DNA of 64,000 nt from a virus (IMGVR_UViG_3300047499_000102:34011-98010), one strand, 5' to 3'; positions 40,989-50,529 are shown, counted from the first letter of the stretch. The notes: a model not told the origin generated them from the letters alone. Translations and numbers: made by a program.

Positions 40989-43820
40989 TCACTGCGCCGC
41001 TGTTTCGCCAGCGGGTGGGGCGAGAAGACCGCGCGCCATCAACTCGCGGATGGTGTCGCGGAACAGTACGGACCTCGCGAAGAAGTCCGAGACATTCATC
41101 CAGCGCACGACACTCGCGGGCTCGGCGGCGTAGGCCGTGCCCGTGTAGCGCGTGACGCGGAAGACGTAGAGCGGTCGGCCGTCCGTGGGCGAGGCTGTGG
41201 TGAAGAGCGGCTCGACCAGAGGCGTGCCATCGGGTTCGCGCTCGCACACGAGCCCCGTTTCTTCATGCAGTTCCCGCGCGACCGTCTCCTCGATGGTCTC
41301 ACCGGGGTCGTTCATGCCGCCGGGGAAGGCTTGCTCGCTCGGCGGCTCTGGACGTGAGACGGTGAGGATCTCACCCGCCTCGTTGAAGACGACGGCGATG
41401 GCGGCCGCTCGCAGGGTGACATTCGGACGCGCCGTCATCTCGATGGATGCCTCGACCGAGCCCTCCAGCGGATGCGGACCGGGGCCCTGGTACGACGCGG
41501 GCGCCTTTGCCCAGGACGGCATGTTGTCCACGCGCCAGCTGGTCGAGTTCTCGTCCGCCCAGCTGCCCTTCGACGTGCCCTTCTTTTGCATGTCGTGCAC
41601 GGCGTCCCAATCGCCCACCTCCGTGGGAACCTGGGCAACGTAGGCGAGTACGGGCCAGCCGAGCTTGCGGTAGCCGAGCACTCGGTGATGCCCGTCAACG
41701 ATCATGAGCTTGGACTTGCCTGGCCGCTTGACGAGTACGACGGGCTTCCACTGCCCCTTGGCCTTGCGGATCTTCTCGACGTACGGGTCGATGTCGTCGT
41801 GGCTCGCCTGCCACTTGTTCGCGTTCGAGAAATCGATGTCATCGATCGACACCTCGACGGGTCCGCCCCACGGGCCGACGTCGTGGATCCAGCGCAGGGC
41901 CTTGGGCGGGTAGTCCTCGAGGAGGTGCTCGTACACCGCCACGGCGACGTCGCGGTCGCCGATGTCCGCGTCGGCCTTCGCACTGAGCTTCAGGAAGAAG
42001 CTCGTATCGTCGGCGTCGTCCTCCGCTGTCCAGGCCCCCCATGTCATCTTCTTCGGCCTGGATGGCTTGCTCTTCTTCGCGGCACCCTTCTTCGCGGCCG
42101 CCTTGCCAAGACCGGTCTTGCCCGCGGTCTTGCCAGGCCCTGTCTTTTTGCCACCCGAGTCGTTCGTGTTGGCCGACTGATTTGACCCAGGCGGGGCGAC
42201 GATAGGCTGGCTCGCCTTGATCTTCGCGACCTCGTGGTCGTTGTCGACCTGCTGTTGCTCGATGTCCTTCTGCTCCTCGCTCTTCAGGTCGGAGTACACC
42301 ATCGTCGGATCAAGGACGTCGCTCAGGAACGAGCCGACTGGCTTCGCGTCGCCCGTCTCGTCGTCCTCCTCCTGCTCGATGATGGGGATGCCCGTCTGGT
42401 CGCTGACCTTCTTCAGGTCGACGCGTGCGCCGATGGCGGTGAGCCCCTTGGCGTTCTCGATCACCGTCTTGGCGTCGGGCTCGCGATCCACGTTCACGAA
42501 CACGTGCGGAAGCACCCGCAGCGCGTCGGGCATGTTCTGCTTCACCAGCCAGTAAACGACGTCCCTGCGGAAGCTCTCGGCGAAGGACGTCGCGTCGTAC
42601 TGTTGGAGATCGACCTCGCTACGTTCTTGAACCTCGGCGGTGCCCGAGCCTCCCAGTCCGCCAGACCCAGCATGGTCGGTGCTGAGCGTACCGCCCAGGG
42701 CGATCTTGCTCATCTCGGAGTTGCAGAAGGCGCTCCATTCGAGGTACGTGACCTTCGACGTACCCGTGCCGTCGTAGCCGATCGCCTTGATGCTGGTACT
42801 GTCGGGCAGCATCGCATACGAGCCGCTCCCGGGTCCGACCTGCGCGAGGGCCTGCGCAAGCACCGCCTCGTCCTCGGGGCTGGCTTCGCGGGGCTTGCCG
42901 TCGTCCTGCGTCGAGTAGGTGCCGAGCAGAAAGCCCGTGGCGAATCGCTCGAGGTACTTCATGCCGCCACGGACGCCAGCGCGCTTGAACAGCGACCAGA
43001 TCGCCATCTGGCGACCGATGCCCTCGCGCGTCGGATAGTCGCCTCTCAGCTGCGGCGCGTACACGATGAACTTCCCCGGCCAGTCCGCGATCCTCGTGCC
43101 AAAGGTCGAGATGTTCGTGGGCGAAGTCCCGAAGGAATCGTTTCCGAGGACCTGCCCCTGGTCCCAAATGTAGAGCGAGTAACTCTGCATGTCGGGGTAG
43201 GCGATTCGCCGCGAGTGGATGAAGTCGAAGCGATCGATGTGCCAGCCGTCGCTGTCCTTCGTCCAGAAGATCTCGGCCGCCGTCGGGCCGTAGTACACGC
43301 CCCACAACAGCGTCGCGACCGTCTGTGTCAGGTTCGGGATCCGGTCGATCTCGGCCTGCACCATCACCGCCGCCTTCTCGGCGAGCTCGCGGTCTGGATG
43401 CTCCTCTGGCAAACGCAGAGGACGCACGTCGATGCGACCGTTCGCGGTGGCGACGATTCGCTTCTCCATGACGGAGAAGCAGTGCCCGTCCATCTCCAGC
43501 AACTCGTCGAGGAGGTCGACCAGCTGCTGGCGGTAGCCGGTGATGGCCAGCCGCATGCAGGATGCGAGGTAGCCCGTGGTGAGCGATACCCCGATGATGA
43601 AGGGGTAGCGGTCGATCAGCGGCCAGGGCGCAACTGCGCGCTGGTCCCTGCGGGTCTCGATGGGCGGCACCGCGGGCGTAGCGCCGGCGGGCGAGGGGAA
43701 GTCCGTTCCCGTGACCTTGCCGGTGCTTCGACGAGGCGGGGGCACGAGGTTCGCCCGCATCGTTACGGCCTTCGGCTTCTTGGCCGCCGCGCGCGCCCTT
43801 GTCTGATGTCGTGCGGCCAT
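40989..43820 (-). CDS. Portal protein (DUF935/Mu gp29-like) fused to ParB-like and NUDIX domains
   Basis: L.DEL.E.D.H......KR, YYG....EI.W, ERF, CN.EMSK..LG.TL; then IVDGHHR; then PGG...PGET......REL.EETG. Confidence 0.85.
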   Translation of the reverse strand: MAARHQTRARAAAKKPKAVTMRANLVPPPRRSTGKVTGTDFPSPAGATPAVPPIETRRDQRAVAPWPLIDRYPFIIGVSLTTGYLASCMRLAITGYRQQLVDLLDELLEMDGHCFSVMEKRIVATANGRIDVRPLRLPEEHPDRELAEKAAVMVQAEIDRIPNLTQTVATLLWGVYYGPTAAEIFWTKDSDGWHIDRFDFIHSRRIAYPDMQSYSLYIWDQGQVLGNDSFGTSPTNISTFGTRIADWPGKFIVYAPQLRGDYPTREGIGRQMAIWSLFKRAGVRGGMKYLERFATGFLLGTYSTQDDGKPREASPEDEAVLAQALAQVGPGSGSYAMLPDSTSIKAIGYDGTGTSKVTYLEWSAFCNSEMSKIALGGTLSTDHAGSGGLGGSGTAEVQERSEVDLQQYDATSFAESFRRDVVYWLVKQNMPDALRVLPHVFVNVDREPDAKTVIENAKGLTAIGARVDLKKVSDQTGIPIIEQEEDDETGDAKPVGSFLSDVLDPTMVYSDLKSEEQKDIEQQQVDNDHEVAKIKASQPIVAPPGSNQSANTNDSGGKKTGPGKTAGKTGLGKAAAKKGAAKKSKPSRPKKMTWGAWTAEDDADDTSFFLKLSAKADADIGDRDVAVAVYEHLLEDYPPKALRWIHDVGPWGGPVEVSIDDIDFSNANKWQASHDDIDPYVEKIRKAKGQWKPVVLVKRPGKSKLMIVDGHHRVLGYRKLGWPVLAYVAQVPTEVGDWDAVHDMQKKGTSKGSWADENSTSWRVDNMPSWAKAPASYQGPGPHPLEGSVEASIEMTARPNVTLRAAAIAVVFNEAGEILTVSRPEPPSEQAFPGGMNDPGETIEETVARELHEETGLVCEREPDGTPLVEPLFTTASPTDGRPLYVFRVTRYTGTAYAAEPASVVRWMNVSDFFARSVLFRDTIRELMARGLLAPPAGETAAQ

Positions 43821-43880
43821 GGGTGTGGTTCCGGATGCCTTCTGCGGTAGGCTGGGCCTCCCAAGGAGGCTCAGAGGGGT

Positions 43881-44312
43881 ATGAAGATTCGAAGCAACCT
43901 CGCCGGCTACATCGAGAAGGTGTTCGGCGTGCGCATTGGGCTGCGAGGTTCGTTCGGCAGGATGCCGGAGAGGAAGCGGTACGAGTTGCGCCCCGACGAG
44001 ATCGCCCAGGTGCAGGCAGCGGTGCGTCGCGCCTCGATGGCTGCGCCCGTGAAGGTCGAGGACGACCGGATCCTCGTCGACGAGGTGCGCGCGCGCCAGT
44101 TCACCGGCCCGATGGGGCCCGAGATCGGCGCCCGGCACGTGGTCTTCATGGGCGATGCGGCGTGGCGCAACATCGCGCGGGCCAGGGGCATCGACGTCGC
44201 GAGCATCCAGCCCGACGAGGAGAAGGGCTTCCCGTATTTCACCGCTGTGCCGCTGCCGGACGACGAGCGCGGATCTGGCGGCATCCTGATCCGTCCAGTG
44301 GGGCCGAAGTGA
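43881..44312 (+). CDS. Hypothetical protein on opposite strand between terminase and portal
   Basis: SD GAGGGG; GC-rich third codon positions; fills the intergenic gap. Confidence 0.65.
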   Translation: MKIRSNLAGYIEKVFGVRIGLRGSFGRMPERKRYELRPDEIAQVQAAVRRASMAAPVKVEDDRILVDEVRARQFTGPMGPEIGARHVVFMGDAAWRNIARARGIDVASIQPDEEKGFPYFTAVPLPDDERGSGGILIRPVGPK

Positions 44313-44327
44313 TTCCGCTGCCGTCTC

Positions 44328-45773
44328 TCAGCCGTAGCCCATCGGCTGGTCCTCGAGTTGGGTGCCGGGGCGGATGCGGCCACCGCCATGTGGCGGCTTC
44401 GGATTGCGGTCGATCATCAGGTCGGTAAAGAGCCAGACCCGCGCGTCCAGAAGGTCCGGCGAGTCCATCCCGAGGTCCGGCTCCCAGACGCAGAGTTGGT
44501 CTTCCAGTTCCCCGAGGGCGCCCACGTGGTGGATGCGATGCTGCTCGTCGAGCGAGGCGATGGGCTCGGCGCGGGTGACCTTGCCCTTCGACGCGGTGAC
44601 CTCGACGATCTTCACCTCGCGCCGAATGGTGCGCAGGTTGGCCGCGACGAGATCGCCACCCTGGTTGCGCTCGATGACGAAGTAATCGGCCTGGACGGCG
44701 TCGAAGACCTCGAAGGCCTTCTTCGCCCACTGCTCCGGGCTCCACTCGCCCTGGATGGCCTCAAGGACGTAGCCGTGCAGGCGCTTGTCCTTCACGCCGG
44801 CCGGCGGGGGGGCCGTGCAGCCCGCGACGATCGCGGTCTTGTTCGGGCGGCGGTCGCTGAGGTTCGCCGCGCGCGCCTTCGTTGTCTGCTGCGACTGCTG
44901 CGAGGTGCTCGTTGCGTGGTCGACGGCGACCGCGGTGCGCGCGATGTCGATGGGCGCTTCGAGGACGCGGTCTTCGTCCAGCTGCTGGCGCTTCCAGAGC
45001 GCGCTTGGCGCGTCGTCGAGGATGTCCGCTTCGAGCTCTTGGCGGCCGAGGCGTGTGCCCTCGTGCGGCTTGATGACCGTCTCGAACCACTGCTCGTTGA
45101 GGTTCGCCACGTTCTCGTAGCTCGACCCCTTGATGACGCGCACGTGGGTCGGCGCTCGCGAGACGAGCCACCTGATGAGCGGGGTAGGGCGCGGCGTCGT
45201 CGAGATGACCCCGCGCAGGTCGTCGCCCACGCGGAAGCTCATCATCAGCTGGTCCCACGCCGCCTGGGCGTAGCGCCACGCTGCCAGCTCGTCTGCCCAG
45301 AAGGTGTCGCAGTTCGGGCCGCGGAACTTGTCGGGCTTGTCGGCCGAGATGAGGCGCGCCCACGAGCCGTTCTTCCACGTGACGCGCGCCTTGGACGGGT
45401 TGTAGATCGGGCGCTCGCCAGGGGGCGCGCAAACGAGGAGCCCGCTGTCGCCCTCGATCATCGTGTCGCGGATGTCTCCCGCGGTCGCGCCAGCGAGGAT
45501 GATGTGCCGACGCTTCTCCATCGCCCGCTGATGGATGAACTCCGCGCCCGTGCGGGTCTTGCCGAAGCCTCGCCCGGCGAGCAGGAGCCAGATGATCCAG
45601 CGCCCCTCGGGAGGAAGCTGCTTCGGTCGCGCCCAGAAGCGCCACGCGTACTTCAGGTGTCGCAGCTGCGCCGGACTGAGGGCGCCGATGATGCGCGCGC
45701 GCTCCTCGTGTGGCAGTCGCGCGAGATCGTGGACGGTCGGGAAGCCGGCCGGGAACGCGAGGGCCGCGCTCAT
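44328..45773 (-). CDS. terL: Terminase large subunit
   Basis: WARPKQ, Walker A AGRGFGKT, Walker B WADE, STTP, GRQELEA, nuclease AVD...IERNQGG...SPD.LDA. Confidence 0.95.
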   Translation of the reverse strand: MSAALAFPAGFPTVHDLARLPHEERARIIGALSPAQLRHLKYAWRFWARPKQLPPEGRWIIWLLLAGRGFGKTRTGAEFIHQRAMEKRRHIILAGATAGDIRDTMIEGDSGLLVCAPPGERPIYNPSKARVTWKNGSWARLISADKPDKFRGPNCDTFWADELAAWRYAQAAWDQLMMSFRVGDDLRGVISTTPRPTPLIRWLVSRAPTHVRVIKGSSYENVANLNEQWFETVIKPHEGTRLGRQELEADILDDAPSALWKRQQLDEDRVLEAPIDIARTAVAVDHATSTSQQSQQTTKARAANLSDRRPNKTAIVAGCTAPPPAGVKDKRLHGYVLEAIQGEWSPEQWAKKAFEVFDAVQADYFVIERNQGGDLVAANLRTIRREVKIVEVTASKGKVTRAEPIASLDEQHRIHHVGALGELEDQLCVWEPDLGMDSPDLLDARVWLFTDLMIDRNPKPPHGGGRIRPGTQLEDQPMGYG

Positions 45774-46507
45774 GGCGCCGAACTCGGAGGGGGCGCCCCC
45801 TCCTCGTCGAGGTCATCGTGCTCAAGCGGGACGATCGGCTCGTCGTCGAGATCGTCCGATTCGCCCGGGAGGGGGACGGCGCCGTTGGCGCCCTCGGGCG
45901 CTTCCGTGTCCGTGGCTGCCGTGGGCTCGACGGCTGCAGGTACCGCGACGGGCTGACTCTTCTCGCCGGCCACCGCTGCGATGCGCGCGAGCACGTCGTT
46001 CACGGTAACGATCTCGACCTGGATGCCGCCGCCGTCGTCCCCGCCCATGACCTGATGCTTGGTCGGGGCGAAGGTTCCCTGAATCTTCGCCTGCATCTCG
46101 TGCACGCGATCGAGTTCCGCGCGGGCGTCGTGAATGCGCTTTCGCTCGTGCTCGTGCTGCGGGAGGTTCTTGCGGGTGACGTCGCCGAGCCGCTTGCGGG
46201 CCTGCCGCGCCTCGGCGATCTCGACCCGGGCGTCACGCTCGCGCCGCTCGAGCTTGTCGAGCAGCAGGGCGCGCTTCTCTTCGAGGCCCTCGATGGGCCG
46301 GTCTTCCATCTCCGACTTCCAGAGCTTGTGCGCCTGGGCGCGAGAGATGCCGACCTCAAGGCCAACCTGCGCCCACGAGAGCCCACGCACGCGCGCGGCG
46401 ACGACGAGCTTCGTTCGTTCGCGGGACAGCGCGATGCGCGCGTCTGTCTTGGGGTCGGAGTGCTGCCTGGCCTCACCAGGGGGGCGGTACGGGTCTCCGT
46501 GACTCAT
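45770..46507 (-). CDS. Terminase small subunit-like HTH protein
   Basis: R..G.SW..V...VGIS...A HTH, G..AP.K..V.G.DGG.I; ATGA overlap with terL. Confidence 0.7.
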   Translation of the reverse strand: MSHGDPYRPPGEARQHSDPKTDARIALSRERTKLVVAARVRGLSWAQVGLEVGISRAQAHKLWKSEMEDRPIEGLEEKRALLLDKLERRERDARVEIAEARQARKRLGDVTRKNLPQHEHERKRIHDARAELDRVHEMQAKIQGTFAPTKHQVMGGDDGGGIQVEIVTVNDVLARIAAVAGEKSQPVAVPAAVEPTAATDTEAPEGANGAVPLPGESDDLDDEPIVPLEHDDLDEEGAPPPSSAP

Positions 46508-46510
46508 GCA

Positions 46511-46762
46511 TCACCGTCCGTCTGGAGACGGGGTAGGTGGGCGCGTAGAGCCGGTGTCGAGCGGCAGAGCGTAGCCGGCAGCGATGGCGTTCGTCTCGGC
46601 GGCGCGGAGCATGTCGAGCAACTCGGGGAGCGGCACCTCCTCCTCGGCGATCACGTGCCCGTCGACGGCGTCGCGCTGCCGGACGGTGACCGTGAGGACC
46701 GTGCCCGCGCTCGCGGGGCCGGTGAGCAACCTGCTTTGACCCATGCCGCTCATGCTGCTCAT
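46511..46762 (-). CDS. Hypothetical protein
   Basis: ATGA-coupled to upstream gene. Confidence 0.5.
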   Translation of the reverse strand: MSSMSGMGQSRLLTGPASAGTVLTVTVRQRDAVDGHVIAEEEVPLPELLDMLRAAETNAIAAGYALPLDTGSTRPPTPSPDGR

Positions 46763-47892
46763 GCTGCCGTGCCGAGCACCGCGCGTCCAGTGGCTGCGTC
46801 GAGGGCGGGGCCGACGTACTCGAAGGACGCCGTGAGCCGGTCGAACGCCCGCGTGTCGTGCTTCGCGTAGCCCGTGCGCCCGCGCGAGTCCTTCGCGCCC
46901 ATGCTCGGCTGCCGCGTCATCTTCCACCGCGGCGACCTCGCCCGAGCTCGGATGATGGCCGGGTGCCCCGCCGTGGCGAATGCGCGGAAGCCCTGCCCCT
47001 TCCAGAGCGAGGCCGAGAACTCGATGAGGGCGTTGCCGATGCCGGCGCCCTGGTAGTCGGGCAGGCACACCGTGCGGTGACTGCGCTTGCCGCCGCGGCT
47101 GTCCTTCAGCCGCCCGACGAACGGCAGCCACGCGTCGAAGGCGACGGGCACCCCGCGCCAGAAGGCAACGAAGCACACGGCCGCGTGGGAGCACTCGGCG
47201 CTCAAATAGTGATGACGACCGAAGTGCCGCCATGCCGAGTGATGGACGCGCCGGATTTCGAGGTCGATCGCTGGGCGCCGTTGAAGCGACCTCCATGCGA
47301 ACCGCTGCTCGCTTGGGAGGTACACCCAGTCAGGCTGCAGCCACTCCTCGACGTCGGCGTGGCACGTGACCGCGACGAACTTCTGCCCGCGGCGACGAAC
47401 GGTCTTCGCCAGGGCCGAGCTGCCGATCTGCGCCACGGTGCGATCGACCACCGAGGTGAACTCGTCGACGACGGCGAGATCGGGAAGCTCGGCGAGCAGC
47501 CGCGCGAGGGATACTCGAAACTGCTCCCCGTTGGAGAGCACGTGGAAGGGTCGCACCCATGAGGGCGGCGACGAGAAGCCGACGGAGCAGAGAAGCTCGA
47601 CGACGTCCTTCACCCCCATCGCCTTCGGGAAGGCATCGAGCAGGCTGCGGTCGGCGGGCCAGTCGAACGTGCGAGCCATCGGCTCTTTGAAGAAGTGGCG
47701 GGCGACGGTCGACTTGCCGCAGCCGCTCGGCCCGACGATGAGGCCCACGTTCCAGGGCTTGTCCTCGATGGGCAGGTCGGCGCTCCAGCGCAGCTCCGAG
47801 CGCTCCGCCGGCGGCACGTCGAAGAGCCCCTCGACCTGCGCCACGCGCGGGCTGCGCACGACGTCGGACGAGACGGTGATCTCGGCCTTCAC
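46759..47892 (-). CDS. ABC-type ATPase fused to GNAT (Mom-like) acyltransferase
   Basis: GPSGCGKS, LSNGEQFR, VVDEF, VTCH; W..F..HHYL and R.V.LPDYQG.GIG acyl-CoA-binding motif; no TM partner nearby. Confidence 0.85.
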   Translation of the reverse strand: MKAEITVSSDVVRSPRVAQVEGLFDVPPAERSELRWSADLPIEDKPWNVGLIVGPSGCGKSTVARHFFKEPMARTFDWPADRSLLDAFPKAMGVKDVVELLCSVGFSSPPSWVRPFHVLSNGEQFRVSLARLLAELPDLAVVDEFTSVVDRTVAQIGSSALAKTVRRRGQKFVAVTCHADVEEWLQPDWVYLPSEQRFAWRSLQRRPAIDLEIRRVHHSAWRHFGRHHYLSAECSHAAVCFVAFWRGVPVAFDAWLPFVGRLKDSRGGKRSHRTVCLPDYQGAGIGNALIEFSASLWKGQGFRAFATAGHPAIIRARARSPRWKMTRQPSMGAKDSRGRTGYAKHDTRAFDRLTASFEYVGPALDAATGRAVLGTAA

Positions 47893-48068
47893 GATGGCGC
47901 CCCACTGCGCTTCGGCAGCAGACCGAAGAGGCCGCGCGGCAGCGCCAAGAGCGTCAGCTTCGGCGGCGCCAGAGGCGCGATCGACTTCGCGACCTGCACC
48001 TGCCCGGGCTCCCCTTCGGGGCCCTCGCTGTAGCCGACGAACACGTCGCGGGGCACTCGCGCGCTCAT
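47889..48068 (-). CDS. Small hypothetical protein (59 aa)
   Basis: MSARVPRDVFVGYSEGPEG...; coupled at both ends (ATGA and GTGA). Confidence 0.5.
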   Translation of the reverse strand: MSARVPRDVFVGYSEGPEGEPGQVQVAKSIAPLAPPKLTLLALPRGLFGLLPKRSGAPS

Positions 48069-48751
48069 CCGACGAGCGCTCTACACTTCAGACCCTCGGC
48101 CATGAGCCGCTCGATCAACTCGGCCTGCTGCCCCTCGGTCGTGCACTCGATGATGACCTGATAGGTCTCCTCGATGTCGGCCTCCTCGTTGGGCGAGGGG
48201 GTGTCGCCGTCCTCGTCGATGCCCAGCGAGGCGTCGATCTCTTCCTCGTCGAGCCCCGTCGCGGCGAGGTCCTCGTCCGCGGCGTCGAGGTCGCGGACGA
48301 TCGCGTCGCGCTTCTCCTCGACCCACTCGCTGTCCTCGCCCACGCGGTTGTCGGCGATGGCGAGACCGTGAGCCTTCAACTCGTCGAGGCTCATGTACCG
48401 CACGGGCAGCTTGTCGAGCCCATGCATCCCGCGCTTCCGAAGAAGCATCGCGGCCTGGATGCGCGTGTCGCCGGCAATCAACTCGCGATTGTCGATGCGC
48501 GCGAGCAGCGGGGCGCCGAATCCGTACGTGCGGATGGACCGCATCGCCTTGCGGACGCTCGCGGTGTTGTCGCGCGGGTTGCCTGCCCAGCGCACAAGCT
48601 CGTCGATGGGCACGAGCACGGCAGCTGCCTCGTAGCCCTCGGGCTGCGGGTGCTGCGGGATGGTGCGGGGGCGTTGCGTGGCGGGCGTCAGCGTCGGAGC
48701 AGCGTCGGCCAACGTCGTATGCGCCTTCGCGGCGGATTGTCTCGCGCCCAT
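48065..48751 (-). CDS. ParB/Srx-like N-terminal domain protein
   Basis: PIDEL..W..NPR.N, SI..YGF..P, IAGDTR..A, IADNR..E.SEW; C-terminal YQVIIEC..E..Q. Confidence 0.85.
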   Translation of the reverse strand: MGARQSAAKAHTTLADAAPTLTPATQRPRTIPQHPQPEGYEAAAVLVPIDELVRWAGNPRDNTASVRKAMRSIRTYGFGAPLLARIDNRELIAGDTRIQAAMLLRKRGMHGLDKLPVRYMSLDELKAHGLAIADNRVGEDSEWVEEKRDAIVRDLDAADEDLAATGLDEEEIDASLGIDEDGDTPSPNEEADIEETYQVIIECTTEGQQAELIERLMAEGLKCRALVG

Positions 48752-49017
48752 GGAGTCTATCCTTGGCCATCGGGGTACAGGAACGCGTTGAAGACTTCGA
48801 CGACAAGCCCGGCATCGTCCACTACAACGTGCAGGTGGCACCGCCTCAAGGCGGCATCCTCAGAGGGCACGGTAGGACTCCAGGCGTCCGCCGTGGGCGA
48901 GGGCCGAGACGGAAGCCGAGCGGTAGCCGGCCTCGTAGAGATCGGACCGGAGGCCCGAGCGGACCTCCACGCGGTGGGCGCCCGCCCACTCACCGTTCCG
49001 GTCGGTGAGGGCCACGA

Positions 49018-49635
49018 TCAGTGCTCCGCTCGGGCGTTTTGGGTGCGTTGCGAAGCTCGAGCTAGGTCGAGCAGCATGTCGCGGAACGCCACCGGAGTTG
49101 CCATCGCCTCCCGTTTCGAGAGGGTTGGCTTGATGCGGTCGAACCATCCAACCTGCGCGACGCCTGGACGTCGATCCCATCGGAGCTCGGGTGGCCGAAC
49201 GAGCTTCAGGGCGTCGTGCGGTGTTGTGACTGCATAGAGCCACGTCCTCTTGCGGGCCTTGTGCCCATAGGCACTTTGCCACACCTCGGCGACCCACCCG
49301 CCCATCCAAGGCAGCCACATACCCTCTTGCGGAGGGTGCAAGCCGAACCTCTCCCACGCCCTGGAGTGCGCGGGGTGCTCCAGCACGCCTCCCCACTTCC
49401 GCACGGAGGCAAGCGCCGATGCGAAGCAGCCGCCATCGTTCCCCGGCCGGTTGTGCTCCCCACCCCATCGCTTGAAGTTGAGCGCGGCGAAGTTCACCCA
49501 GAGCTGGCACGGCGGATGCGCGACGACCGGCCACGGCCCGGCGTACTTCCGCGCGTCGCGCTTCTCGTCCCACGGGTCCACGTCGGGCAGTCCGAAGTAG
49601 CAGCCGCCGGTCGCGACGAAGAGGGCCGCGATCAT
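49018..49635 (-). CDS. Phage DNA cytosine methyltransferase-like protein
   Basis: AALF, D.WD..RDAR.Y.GP.PVVAHPPCQ (motif IV PC), VLEHP (motif VI-like), Q..YGH.ARK.TW (motif VIII-like). Confidence 0.7.
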   Translation of the reverse strand: MIAALFVATGGCYFGLPDVDPWDEKRDARKYAGPWPVVAHPPCQLWVNFAALNFKRWGGEHNRPGNDGGCFASALASVRKWGGVLEHPAHSRAWERFGLHPPQEGMWLPWMGGWVAEVWQSAYGHKARKRTWLYAVTTPHDALKLVRPPELRWDRRPGVAQVGWFDRIKPTLSKREAMATPVAFRDMLLDLARASQRTQNARAEH

Positions 49636-49784
49636 GTACTCGCCGACTTTCGCACCATCTCGTCCCGCACCGCATCGAGCGCCTTCACGAGGCGACGCCG
49701 GTCAAACTCGTCGCCTTCCGGGCCAAGCGAAAACCACCCGCGAGAGGTCGCGTAGTTACCTCTCCCTCGCGATGTCCCTGCCAT
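49632..49784 (-). CDS. Small hypothetical protein (50 aa)
   Basis: MAGTSRGRG...MVRKSAST; ATGA overlap with the MTase. Confidence 0.4.
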   Translation of the reverse strand: MAGTSRGRGNYATSRGWFSLGPEGDEFDRRRLVKALDAVRDEMVRKSAST

Positions 49785-50220
49785 GCCCAACGGTGATACC
49801 AGCAGGTGCCGGTCGCTGTCGAATCGGCGGGGCCCTGGTCCACCGCCCCCCTGCAGTCCGGGGAGGCGGTCGACCTCAGAGACTCGTCTCTCCCACCCCC
49901 CGTGGTCTCAAGACTGGAAGTGGCGGTCGTCGACTGCCGGCGTCCATCCCGATGTCGTGCTCGGGGGCGAGAGTGAAGAGCCCGAGCGCGCGGCCTGGGC
50001 GGCGTCTCGCGGGTGGAGGGTCAGTTCCACGCCACCGTCACACCACAAGGAGGGCTGTCTGCGCGTCAGCGGCACACCGCGTTCGCTGCCCCGTTCCTGC
50101 GTCTCGTGCCCTTCGTCCTATTGATGCGGCTGCCCCCAACATGCCTTGGTGGCAGAGGCTGGAAGCCGACCGGGCGCCCCCTCCTTGAGAGATCCACGCC
50201 CATGGCGTCGTCGGCCGTTT

Positions 50221-50529
50221 TCAGCGATGGCCCTGCGCGAGCACGTTGAGGCGCCGCTCCATCAGGTCGACGCGTTCTTCCAAGGCTTGGATACGGCTCA
50301 GCAATTTCTCGGTGTGCGTGACCTGCACGAGGCGCGTCACGACCGCAGTGGGCACCGTCCACACGCCGTCGACCTTGAGCATGTGCGCCTTGGCGTTCCG
50401 CAACAGCCATTCGTTCGCGGCCACCTTGGTGGTCCCCCTCATTCGGGCGACCTCCGCGATGGTCATGCGGACCTTGCGGCGAGGGCGCTGACGAACGCCG
50501 AGATCCTGCGTGTCGAGGGCATCAGCCAC
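50221..50529 (-). CDS. Winged-HTH (MerR/excisionase-like) DNA-binding protein with coiled coil (alternative start 50466)
   Basis: MTIAEVARMRG.......WL......G.W.VP; C-terminal heptads. Confidence 0.6.
   Translation of the reverse strand: MADALDTQDLGVRQRPRRKVRMTIAEVARMRGTTKVAANEWLLRNAKAHMLKVDGVWTVPTAVVTRLVQVTHTEKLLSRIQALEERVDLMERRLNVLAQGHR

Noticed and set aside
43821-44138. N-terminal extension of the portal as given in the ORF track (likewise long upstream extensions of many ORFs)
   Set aside because: It overlaps the plus-strand gene; better starts with SD sequences or stop-start coupling lie downstream.
46759-47892. ABC transporter
   Set aside because: No permease or binding protein nearby; the ATPase is fused to a GNAT domain.
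48757-49015. One or two small ORFs between MTase and ParB
   Set aside because: Two overlapping frames each look partly protein-like; I cannot decide which is real.
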